Below, piece after piece: positions 1 to 13,429 of a DNA stretch of 64,000 nucleotides. Origin of the DNA: the human T2T-CHM13v2.0 reference genome, Homo sapiens; NCBI RefSeq assembly GCF_009914755.1, contig NC_060925.1. The stretch is one strand, 5' to 3'. The notes beneath the pieces were generated by a model. That model was not told the origin of the DNA. It saw only the letters and a list, made by a program, of their open reading frames with translations, and did not search any database. The translations under genes and the position numbers were made by a program. Each line of letters opens with the position of its first letter. Within the stretch, counting starts at the first letter, position 1.

Positions 1-1644
1 TGAATTGAATGCAATCATCGAATGGTCTCGAATGCAATCATCTTCTAATGGAAAGGAATGGAATCATCGAATAGAATCGAATGGAATTATCATCGAATGG
101 AATCGAATGGTATCAACACCAAACGGAAAAAAACGGAATTATCGAATGGAATCGAAGAGAATCATCGAACGGACCCGAATGGAATCATCTAATGGAATGG
201 AATGGAATAATCCATGGACTCGAATGCAATCATCATCGAATGGAATCGAATGGAATCATCGAATGGACTCGAATGGAATAATCATTGAACGGAATCGATT
301 GGAATCATCATCAGATGGAAACGAATGGAATCATCATCGAATGGAAATGAAAGGAGTCATCATCTAATGGAATTGCATGGAATCATCATAAAATGGAATC
401 GAATGGAATCAACATCAAATGGAATCAAATGGAATCATTGAACGGAATTGAATGGAATCGTCATCGAATGAATTGACTGCAATCATCGAATGGTCTCGAA
501 TGGAATCATCTTCAAATGGAATGGAATGGAATCATCGCATAGAATCGAATGGAATTATCATCAAATGGAATCGAATGGAATCAACATCAAACGGAAAAAA
601 ACAGAATTATCGTATGGAATCGAATAGAATCATCGAATGGACCTGAATGGAATCATCTAATGGAATGGAATGGAATAATCCATGGACTCGAATGCAATCA
701 TCATCGAATGGAATCGAATGGAATCATCGAATGGACTCGAATGGAATAATCATTGAACGGAATCGAATGGAATCATCATCGGATGGAAATGAATGGAATC
801 ATCATCGAGTGGAATCGAATAGAATTATGGAATGAAATCCAGTGTGATCATCATCGAATGGACCCGAATGGAATCATCATCCAACGGAAGCTAATGGAAT
901 CAACATCGAATGAATCGAATGGAAACACCATCGAATTGAAACGAATGGAATTATCATGAAATTGAAATGGATGGACTCATCATCGAATGGATTCGAATGG
1001 AATCATCGAATAAAATTGATTGAAATCATCATCCAATGGAATCGAATGGTATCATTGAATGGAATCGAATGGAATCATCATCAGATGGAAATGAATGGAA
1101 TCGTCATAGAATGGAATCGAATGGATTCATTGAATGGAATCAGATGGAATCATCGAATGGACTGGAATGGAATCATTGAATGGACTCGAAAGGGATCATT
1201 ATTGAATGGAATTGAATGGAATCATCGAATGGTCTCGATTGGAATCATTATCAAATGGAATCGAATGGAATCACCGAACAGAATCGAATGGAACAATCAT
1301 CGAATGGACTCAAATGGAATTATCCTCCAATGGAATCGAATGGAATTATCGAATGCAATCGAATGGAATTATCGAATGCAATCGAATAGAATCATCGAAT
1401 GGACTCGAATGGAATCATCGAATGGAATGGAATGGAACAGTCAATGAACTCGAATGGAATCATCATTGAATGGAATCGAATGGAATCATCGAGTGGAATC
1501 GAATGGAATTATGATCAAATGGAATCGAATGTAATCATCATCAAATGGAATCAAAAATAACCATCATCAATTGGTATTGAATGGAATTGTCATCAAATGG
1601 AATTCAAAGGAATCATCATCAAATGGAACCGAATGGAATCCTCA

Positions 1645-2590
1645 TTGAATGGAAATGAAAGGGGTCATCATCTAATGGAATCGCATGGAATCATCATCAA
1701 ATGGAATCGAATGGAATCATCATCAAATGGAATCTAATGGAATCATTGAACAGAATTGAATGGAATCGTCATCGAATGAATTGAATGCAATCATCGAATG
1801 GTCTCGAATGGAATCATCTTCTAATGGAAAGGAATGGAATCATCGCATAGAATCGAATGGAATTATCATCGAATGGAATCGAATGCTATCAACACCAAAC
1901 GGAAAAAAACGGAATTATCGAATGGAATCGAAGAGAATCTTCGAACGGACCCGAATGGAATCATCTAATGGAATGGAATGGAATAATCCATGGACTCGAA
2001 TGCAATCATCATCGAATGGAATCGAATGGAATCATCGAATGGACTCGAATGGAATAATCATTGAACGGAATCGAATGGAATCATCATCGGATGGAAACGA
2101 ATGGAATCATCATCGAATGGAAATGAAAGGAGTCATCATCTAATGGAATTGCATGGAATCATCATAAAATGGAATCGAATGGAATCAACATCAAATGGAA
2201 TCAAATGGAATCATTGAACGGAATTGAATGGAATCGTCATCGAATGAATTGACTGCAATCATCGAATGGTCTCGAATGGAATCATCTTCAAATGGAATGG
2301 AATGGAATCATCGCATAGAATCGAATGGAATTATCATCGAATGGAATCGAATGGAATCAACATCAAACGGAAAAAAACGGAATTATCGAATGGAATCGAA
2401 GAGAATCATCGAATGGACCCGAATGGAATCATCTAATGGAATGGAATGGAATAATCCATGCACTCGAATGCAATCATCATCGAATGGAATCGAATGGAAT
2501 CATCGAATGGACTCGAATGGAATAATCATTGAACGGAATAGAATGGAATCATCATCGGATGGAAATGAATGGAATCATCATCGAATGGAA
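1645..2590 (+). repeat. Internal 468-bp direct duplication (A/B subrepeats) present in each canonical unit
   Basis: ORFs at 1760 and 2228 are near-identical, offset 468. About 15 diagnostic differences by eye, e.g. GGGGTC/GGAGTC, AACAG/AACGG, AATGC/ACTGC, TTCTAATGGAAAGG/TTCAAATGGAATGG, GGTATCAACACC/GGAATCAACATC, CTTCGAACGG/CATCGAATGG, AAACG/AAATG. Confidence 0.92.
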
Positions 2591-3535
2591 TCGAATAGAA
2601 TTATGGAATGAAATCCAGTGTGATCATCATCGAATGGACCCGAATGGAATCATCATCCAACGGAAGCTAATGGAATCAACATCGAATGAATCGAATGGAA
2701 ACACCATCGAATTGAAACGAATGGAATTATCATGAAATTGAAATGGATGGACTCATCATCGAATGGATTCGAATGGAATCATCGAATAAAATTGATTGAA
2801 ATCATCATCGAATGGAATCGAATGGTATCATTGAATGGAATCGAATGGAATCATCATCAGATGGAAATGAATGGAATCGTCATAGAATGGAATCGAATGG
2901 ATTCATTGAATGGAATCAGATGGAATCATCGAATGGACTGGAATGGAATCATTGAATGGACTCGAAAGGGATCATTATTGAATGGAATTGAATGGAATCA
3001 TCGAATGGTCTCGATTGGAATCATTATCAAATGGAATCGAATGGAATCACCGAATAGAATCGAATGGAACAATCATCGAATGGACTCAAATGGAATTATC
3101 CTCCAATGGAATCGAATGGAATTATCGAATGCAATCGAATGGAATTATCGAATGCAATCGAATAGAATCATCGAATGGACTCGAATGGAATCATCGAATG
3201 GAATGGAATGGAACAGTCAATGAACTCGAATGGAATCATCATTGAATGGAATCGAATGGAATCATCGAGTGGAATCGAATGGAATTATGATCAAATGGAA
3301 TCGAATGTTATCATCATCAAATGGAATCAAAAATAACCATCATCAATTGGTATTGAATGGAATTGTCATCAAATGGAATTCAAAGGAATCATCATCAAAT
3401 GGAACCGAATGGAATCCTCATTGAATGGAAATGAAAGGGGTCATCATCTAATGGAATCGCATGGAATCATCATCAAATGGAATCGAATGGAATCATCATC
3501 AAATGGAATCTAATGGAATCATTGAACAGAATTGA
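1760..3535 (+). repeat. Representative canonical 1776-bp unit (subunit A, subunit B, single-copy segment C)
   Basis: Homologous ORF starts at 1760 and 3536. EcoRI GAATTC at 1600 and 3376, spaced 1776 bp. Confidence 0.95.
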
Positions 3536-6500
3536 ATGGAATGGTCATCGAATGAATTGAATGCAATCATCGAATGGTCTCGAATGGAATCATCTTCAAA
3601 TCGAATGGAATGGAATCATCGCATAGAATCGAATGGAATTATCATCGAATGGAATCGAATGGAATCAACATCAAACGGAAAAAAACGGAATTATCGAATG
3701 GAATCGAAGAGAATCATCGAATGGACCCGAATGGAATCATCTAATGGAATGGAATGGAATAATCCATGGACTGGAAGGTAATCATCATTGAACGGAATCG
3801 AAAGGAATCATCATCGGATGGAAACGAATGGAATCATCATCGAATGGAAATGAAAGGAGTCATCATCTAATGGAATTGCATGGAATCATCATAAAATGGA
3901 ATCGAATGGAATCAACATCAAATGGAATCAAATGGAATCATTGAACGGAATTGAATGGAATCGTCATCGAATGAATTGAATGCAATCATCGAATGGTCTC
4001 GAATGGAATCATCTTCAAATGGAATGGAATGGAATCATCGCATAGAATCGAATGGAATTATCATCGAATGGAATCGAATGGAATCAACATCAAACGGAAA
4101 AAAACGGAATTATCGAATGGAATCGAATAGAATCATCGAATGGACCCGAATGGAATCCTCTAATGGAATGGAATGGAATAATCCGTGGACTCGAATGCAA
4201 TCATCATCGAATGTAATCGAATGGAATCATCCAATGGACTCGAATGGAATAATCATTGAACGGAATCGAATGGAATCATCATCGGATGGAAATGAATGGA
4301 ATCATCATCGAATGGAATCGAATAGAATTATGGAATGAAATCCAGTGTGATCATCATCGAATGGACCCGAATGGAATCATCATCCAACGGATGCTAATGG
4401 AATCAACATCGAATGAATCAAATGGAAACACCATCGAATTGAAACGAATGGAATTACCATGAAATTGAAATGGATGGACTCATCATCGAATGGATTCGAA
4501 TGGAATCATCAAATAAAATTGATTGAAATCATCATCGAATGGAATCGAATGGTATCATTGAATGGAATCGAATGCAATCATCATCAGATGGAAATGAATG
4601 GAATCGTCATAGAATGGAATCGAATGGATTCATTGAATGGAATCAGATGGAATCATCGAATGGACTGGAATGGAATCATTGAATGGACACGAAAGAGATC
4701 ATGATTGAATGGAATTGAATGGAATCATCGAATGGTCTCGATTGGAATCATTATCAAATGGAATCGAATGGAATCACCGAATAGAATCGAATGGAACAAT
4801 CATCGAATGGACTCAAATGGAATTATCCTCAAATGGAATGGAATGGAATTATCGAATGCAATCGAATGGAATTATCGAATGCAATCGAATAGAATCATTG
4901 AATGGACTCGAATGGAATAATCATTGAACGGAATCGAATGGAATCATCATCGGATGGAAACGAATGGAATCATCATCGAATGGAAATGAAAGGAGTCATC
5001 ATCTAATGGAATTGCATGGAATCATCATAAAATGGAATCGAATGGAATCAACATCAAATGGAATCAAATGGAATCATTGAACGGAATTGAATGGAATCGT
5101 CATCGAATGAATTGAATGCAATCATCGAATGGTCTCGAATGGAATCATCTTCAAATGGAATGGAATGGAATCATCGCATAGAATCGAATGGAATTATCAT
5201 CGAATGGAATCGAATGGAATCAACATCAAACGGAAAAAAACGGAATTATCGAATGGAATCGAAGAGAATCATCGAATGGACCCGAATGGAATCATCTAAT
5301 GGAATGGAATGGAATAATCCATGGACTGGAAGGCAATCATCATTGAACGGAATCGAAAGGAATCATCATCGGATGGAAACGAATGGAATCATCATCGAAT
5401 GGAAATGAAAGGAGTCATCATCTAATGGAATTGCATGGAATCATCATAAAATGGAATCGAATGGAATCAACATCAAATGGAATCAAATGGAATCATTGAA
5501 CGGAATTGAATGGAATCGTCATCGAATGAATTGACTGCAATCATCGAATGGTCTCGAATGGAATCATCTTCAAATGGAATGGAATGGAATCATCGCATAG
5601 AATCGAATGGAATTATCATCGAATGGAATCGAATGGAATCAACATCAAACGGAAAAAAACGGAATTATCGAATGGAATCGAAGAGAATCATCGAATGGAC
5701 CCGAATGGAATCATCTAATGGAATGGAATGGAATAATCCGTGGACTCGAATGCAATCATCATCGAATGTAATCGAATGGAATCATCCAATGGACTCGAAT
5801 GGAATAATCATTGAACGGAATCGAATGGAATCATCATCGGATGGAAATGAATGGAATCATCATCGAATGGAATCGAATAGAATTATGGAATGAAATCCAG
5901 TGTGATCATCATCGAATGGACCCGAATGGAATCATCATCCAACGGATGCTAATGGAATCAACATCGAATGAATCAAATGGAAACACCATCGAATTGAAAC
6001 GAATGGAATTACCATGAAATTGAAATGGATGGACTCATCATCGAATGGATTCGAATGGAATCATCGAATAAAATTGATTGAAATCATCATCGAATGGAAT
6101 CGAATGGTATCATTGAATGGAATCGAATGGAATCATCATCAGATGGAAATGAATGGAATCGTCATAGAATGGAATCGAATGGATTCATTGAATGGAATCA
6201 GAACGAATCATCGAATGGACTGGAATGGAATCATTGAATGGACTCGAAAGGGATCATGATTGAATGGAATTGAATGGAATCATCGAATGGTCTCGATTGG
6301 AATCATTATCAAATGGAATCGAATGGAATCACCGAATAGAATCGAATGGAACAATCATCGAATGGACTCAAATGGAATTATCCTCCAATGGAATCGAATG
6401 GAATTATCGAATGCAATCGAATGGAATTATCGAATGCAATCGAATAGAATCATCGAATGGACTCGAATGGAATCATCGAATGGAATGGAATGGAACAGTC

Positions 6501-6817
6501 AATGAACTCGAATGGAATCATCATTGAATGGAATCGAATGGAATCATCGAGTGGAATCGAATGGAATTATGATCAAATGGAATCGAATGTAATCATCATC
6601 AAATGGAATCAAAAATAACCATCATCAATTGGTATTGAATGGAATTGTCATCAAATGGAATTCAAAGGAATCATCATCAAATGGAACCGAATGGAATCCT
6701 CATTGAATGGAAATGAAAGGGGTCATCATCTAATGGAATCGCATGGAATCATCATCAAATGGAATCGAATGGAATCATCATCAAATGGAATCTAATGGAA
6801 TCATTGAACAGAATTGA
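3536..6817 (+). repeat. Rearranged pair of units (1555 bp + 1727 bp) with two 49-bp deletions and one 640-bp deletion
   Basis: Subunit spacing is 419 rather than 468 at 3536/3955 and 5091/5510. Near 4900 segment C joins directly to an A-subunit tail. No EcoRI site between 3376 and 6658. Confidence 0.85.
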
Positions 6818-9800
6818 ATGGAATCGTCATCGAATGAATTGAATGCAATCATCGAATGGTCTCGAATGGAATCATCTTCTAATGGAAAGGAATGGAATCA
6901 TCGCATAGAATCGAATGGAATTATCATCGAATGGAATCGAATGGTATCAACACCAAACGGAAAAAAACGGAATTATCGAATGGAATCGAAGAGAATCTTC
7001 GAACGGACCCGAATGGAATCATCTAATGGAATGGAATGGAATAATCCATGGACTCGAATGCAATCATCATCGAATGGAATGGAATGGAATCATCGAATGG
7101 ACACGAATGGAATAATCATTGAACGGAATCGAATGGAATCATCATCGGATGGAAACGAATGGAATCATCATCGAATGGAAATGAAAGGAGTCATCATCTA
7201 ATGGAATTGCATGGAATCATCATAAAATGGAATCGAATGGAATCAACATCAAATGGAATCAAATGGAATCATTGAACGGAATTGAATGGAATCGTCATAG
7301 AATGAATTGAATGCAATCATCGAATGGTCTCGAATGGAATCATCTTCAAATGGAATGGAATGGAATCATCGCATAGAATCGAATGGAATTATCATCGAAT
7401 GGAATCGAATGGAATCAACATCAATCGGAAAAAAACGGAATTATCGAATGGAATCGAAGAGAATCATCGAATGGACCCGAATGGAATCATCTAATGGTAT
7501 GGAATGGAATAATCCATGGACTCGATTGCAATCATCATCAAATGGAATCGAATGGAATCATCGAATGGATTCGAATGGAATAATCATTGAACGGAATCGA
7601 ATGGAATCATCATCGGATGGTAATGAATGGAATCATCATCGAATGGAATCGAATAGAATTATGGAATGAAATCCAGTGTGATCATCATCGAATGGACCCG
7701 AATGGAATCATCATCCAACGGAAGCTAATGGAATCAACATCGAATGAATCAAATGGAAACACCATCGAATTGAAACGAATGGAATTACCATGAAATTGAA
7801 ATGGATGGACTCATCATCGAATGGATTCGAATGGAATCATCGAATAAAATTGATTGAAATCATCATCGAATGGAATCGAATGGTATCATTGAATGGAATC
7901 GAATGGAATCATCATCAGATGGAAATGAATGGAATCGTCATAGAATGGAATCGAATGGATTCATTGAATGGAATCAGAACGAATCATCGAATGGACTGGA
8001 ATGGAATCATTGAATGGACTCGAAAGGGTCATGATTGAATGGAATTGAATGGAATCATCGAATGGTCTCGATTGGAATCATTATCAAATGGAATCGAATG
8101 GAATCACCGAATAGAATCGAATGGAACAATCATCGAATGGACTCAAATGGAATTATCCTCAAATGGAATCGAATGGAATTATCGAATGCAATCGAATGGA
8201 ATTATCGAATGCAATCGAATAGAATCATCGAAAGGACTCGAATGGAATCATCGAATGGAATGGAATGGAACAGTCAATGAACTCGAATGGAATCATCATT
8301 GAATGGAATCGAATGGAATCATCGAGTGGAATCGAATGGAATTATGATCAAATGGAATCGAATGTAATCCTCATCAAATGGAATCAAAAATAACCATCAT
8401 CAATTGGTATTGAATGGAATTGTCATCAAATGGAATTCAAAGGAATCATCATCAAATGGAACCGAATGGAATCCTCATTGAATGGAAATGAAAGGGGTCA
8501 TCATCTAATGGAATCGCATGGAATCATCATCAAATGGAATCGAATGGAATCATCATCAAATGGAATCTAATGGAATCATTGAACAGAATTGAATGGAATC
8601 GTCATGGAATGAATTGAATGCAATCATCGAATGGTCTCGAATGGAATCATCTTCTAATGGAAAGGAATGGAATCATCGCATAGAATCGAATGGAATTATC
8701 ATCGAATGGAATCGAATGGTATCAACAGCAAACGGAAAAAAACGGAGTTATCGAATGGAATCGAAGAGAATCTTCGAACGGACCCGAATGGAATCATCTA
8801 ATGGAATGGAATGGAATAATCCATGGACTCGAATGCAATCATCATCGAATGGAATCGAATGGAATCATCGAATGGACTCGAATGGAATAATCATTGAACG
8901 GAATCGAATGGAATCATCATCGGATGGAAACGAATGGAATCATCATCGAATGGAAATGAAAGGAGTCATCATCTAATGGAATTGCATGGAATCATCATAA
9001 AATGGAATCGAATGGAATCAACATCAAATGGAATCAAATGGAATCATTGAACGGAATTGAATGGAATCGTCATCGAATGAATTGAATGCAATCATCGAAT
9101 GGTCTCGAATGGAATCATCTTCAAATGGAATGGAATGGAATCATCGCATAGAATCGAATGGAATTATCATCGAATGGAATCGAATGGAATCAACATCAAA
9201 CGGAAAAAAACGGAATTATCGAATGGAATCGAAGAGAATCATCGAATGGACCCGAATGGAATCATCTAATGGAATGGAATGGAATAATCCATGGACTCGA
9301 ATGCAATCATCATCGAATGGAATCGAATGGAATCATCGAATGGACTCGAATGGAATAATCATTGAACGGAATCGAATGGAATCATCATCGGATGGAAATG
9401 AATGGAATCATGATCGAATGGAATCGAATAGAATTATGGAATGAAATCCAGTGTGATCATCATCGAATGGACCCGAATGGAATCATCATCCAACGGAAGC
9501 TAATGGAATCAACATCGAATGAATCGAATGGAAACACCATCGAATTGAAACGAATGGAATTATCATGAAATTGAAATGGATGGACTCATCATCGAATGGA
9601 TTCGAATGGAATCATTGAATAAAATTGATTGAAATCATCATCGAATGGAATCGAATGGTATCATTGAATGGAATCGAATGGAATCATCATCAGATGGAAA
9701 TGAATGGAATCGTCATAGAATGGAATCGAATGGATTCATTGAATGGAATCAGATGGAATCATCGAATGGACTGGAATGGAATCATTGAATGGACTCGAAA

Positions 9801-12144
9801 GGGATCATGATTGAATGGAATTGAATGGAATCATCGAATGGTCTCGATTGGAATCATTATCAAATGGAATCGAATGGAATCACCGAATAGAATCGAATGG
9901 AACAATCATCGAATGGACTCAAATGGAATTATCCTCAAATGGAATCGAATGGAATTATCGAATGCAATCGAATGGAATTATCGAATGCAATCGAATAGAA
10001 TCATCGAAAGGACTCGAATGGAATCATCGAATGGAATGGAATGGAACAGTCAATGAACTCGAATGGAATCATCATTGAATGGAATCGAATGGAATCATCG
10101 AGTGGAATCGAATGGAATTATGATCAAATGGAATCGAATGTAATCCTCATCAAATGGAATCAAAAATAACCATCATCAATTGGTATTGAATGGAATTGTC
10201 ATCAAATGGAATTCAAAGGAATCATCATCAAATGGAACCGAATGGAATCCTCATTGAATGGAAATGAAAGGGGTCATCATCTAATGGAATCGCATGGAAT
10301 CATCATCAAATGGAATCGAATGGAATCATCATCAAATGGAATCTAATGGAATCATTGAACAGAATTGAATGGAATCGTCATCGAATGAATTGAATGCAAT
10401 CATCGAATGGTCTCGAATGGAATCATCTTCTAATGGAAAGGAATGGAATCATCGCATAGAATCGAATGGAATTATCATCGAATGGAATCGAATGGTATCA
10501 ACACCAAACGGAAAAAAACGGAATTATCGAATGGAATCGAAGAGAATCTTCGAACGGACCCGAATGGAATCATCTAATGGAATGGAATGGAATAATCCAT
10601 GGACTCGAATGCAATCATCATCGAATGGAATCGAATGGAATCATCGAATGGACTCGAATGGAATAATCATTGAACGGAATCGAATGGAATCATCATCGGA
10701 TGGAAACGAATGGAATCATCATCGAATGGAAATGAAAGGAGTCATCATCTAATGGAATTGCATGGAATCATCATAAAATGGAATCGAATGGAATCAACAT
10801 CAAATGGAATCAAATGGAATCATTGAACGGAATTGAATGGAATCGTCATCGAATGAATTGACTGCAATCATCGAATGGTCTCGAATGGAATCATCTTCAA
10901 ATGGAATGGAATGGAATCATCGCATAGAATCGAATGGAATTATCATCGAATGGAATCGAATGGAATCAACATCAAACGGAAAAAAACGGAATTATCGAAT
11001 GGAATCGAAGAGAATCATCGAATGGACCCGAATGGAATCATCTAATGGAATGGAATGGAATAATCCATGGACTCGAATGCAATCATCATCGAATGGAATC
11101 GAATGGAATCATCGAATGGACTCGAATGGAATAATCATTGAACGGAATCGAATGGAATCATCATCGGATGGAAATGAATGGAATCATCATCGAATGGAAT
11201 CGAATAGAATTATGGAATGAAATCCAGTGTGATCATCATCGAATGGACCCGAATGGAATCATCATCCAACGGAAGCTAATGGAATCAACATCGAATGAAT
11301 CGAATGGAAACACCATCGAATTGAAACGAATGGAATTATCATGAAATTGAAATGGATGGACTCATCATCGAATGGATTCGAATGGAATCATCGAATAAAA
11401 TTGATTGAAATCATCATCGAATGGAATCGAATGGTATCATTGAATGGAATCGAATGGAATCATCATCAGATGGAAATGAATGGAATCGTCATAGAATGGA
11501 ATCGAATGGATTCATTGAATGGAATCAGATGGAATCATCGAATGGACTGGAATGGAATCATTGAATGGACTCGAAAGGGATCATGATTGAATGGAATTGA
11601 ATGGAATCATCGAATGGTCTCGATTGGAATCATTATCAAATGGAATCGAATGGAATCACCGAATAGAATCGAATGGAACAATCATCGAATGGACTCAAAT
11701 GGAATTATCCTCCAATGGAATCGAATGGAATTATCGAATGCAATCGAATGGAATTATCGAATGCAATCGAATAGAATCATCGAAAGGACTCGAATGGAAT
11801 CATCGAATGGAATGGAATGGAACAGTCAATGAACTCGAATGGAATCATCATTGAATGGAATCGAATGGAATCATCGAGTGGAATCGAATGGAATTATGAT
11901 CAAATGGAATCGAATGTAATCATCATCAAATGGAATCAAAAATAACCATCATCAATTGGTATTGAATGGAATTGTCATCAAATGGAATTCAAAGGAATCA
12001 TCATCAAATGGAACCGAATGGAATCCTCATTGAATGGAAATGAAAGGGGTCATCATCTAATGGAATCGCATGGAATCATCATCAAATGGAATCGAATGGA
12101 ATCATCATCAAATGGAATCTAATGGAATCATTGAACAGAATTGA

Positions 12145-13429
12145 ATGGAATCGTCATCGAATGAATTGAATGCAATCATCGAATGGTCTCGAATGGAATC
12201 ATCTTCTAATGGAAAGGAATGGAATCATCGCATAGAATCGAATGGAATTATCATCGAATGGAATCGAATGGTATCAACACCAAACGGAAAAAAACGGAAT
12301 TATCGAATGAAATCGAAGAGAATCTTCGAACGGACCCGAATGGAATCATCTAATGGAATGGAATGGAATAATCCATGGACTCGAATGCAATCATCATTGA
12401 ATGGAATCGAATGGAATCATCGAATGGACTCGAATGGAATAATCATTGAACGGAATCGAATGGAATCATCATCGGATGGAAATGAATGGAATCATCATCG
12501 AATGGAATCGAATAGAATTATGGAATGAAATCCAGTGTGATCATCATCGAATGGACCCGAATGGAATCATCATCCAACGGAAGCTAATGGAATCAACATC
12601 GAATGAATCGAATGGAAACACCATCGAATTGAAACGAATGGAATTATCATGAAATTGAAATGGATGGACTCATCATCGAATGGATTCGAATGGAATCATC
12701 GAATAAAATTGATTGAAATCATCATCCAATGGAATCGAATGGTATCATTGAATGGAATCGAATGGAATCATCATCAGATGGAAATGAATGGAATCGTCAT
12801 AGAATGGAATCGAATGGATTCATTGAATGGAATCAGATGGAATCATCGAATGGACTGGAATGGAATCATTGAATGGACTCGAAAGGGATCATTATTGAAT
12901 GGAATTGAATGGAATCATCGAATGGTCTCGATTGGAATCATTACCAAATGGAATCGAATGGAATCACCGAATAGAATCGAATGGAACAATCATCGAATGG
13001 ACTCAAATGGAATTATCCTCAAATGGAATCGAATGGAATTATCGAATGCAATCGAATAGAATCATCGAATGGACTCGAATGGAATCATCGAATGGAATGG
13101 AATGGAACAGTCAATGAACTCGAATGGAATCATCATTGAATGGAATCGAATGGAATCATCGAGTGGAATCGAATGGAATTATGATCAAATGGAATCGAAT
13201 GTAATCATCATCTAATGGAATCAAAAATAACCATCATCAATTGGTATTGAATGGAATTGTCATCAAATGGAATTCAAAGGAATCATCATCAAATGGAACC
13301 GAATGGAATCCTCATTGAATGGAAATGAAAGGGGTCATCATCTAATGGAATCGCATGGAATCATCATCAAATGGAATCGAATGGAATCATCATCAAATGG
13401 AATCTAATGGAATCATTGAACAGAATTGA
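12145..13429 (+). repeat. Short 1285-bp unit (A/B fusion, -468 bp, plus a 23-bp monomer deletion)
   Basis: A-type head runs into a B-type tail. Only one copy of ATGGAATTATCGAATGCAATCGA near 13040. Confidence 0.9.

Noticed and set aside
1009-1014. AATAAA once per unit (lost near 51200, gained near 38234 and 56256) as a polyadenylation signal
   Set aside because: Expected by chance in A-rich satellite, with no clear downstream GU/U-rich element and no transcript evidence.
1964-1985. (GGAAT)3 runs as HSat3 or fold-back structure
   Set aside because: The runs are only three or four pentamers embedded in HSat2 monomers, too short to call HSat3 or to support a structural claim.
6253-6260. Short palindromes (ATCATGAT, TGATCA, CCATGG, TCGA) as hairpins or terminators
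   Set aside because: Only 4-8 bp long. No long inverted repeat or strand switch was seen anywhere in the window.
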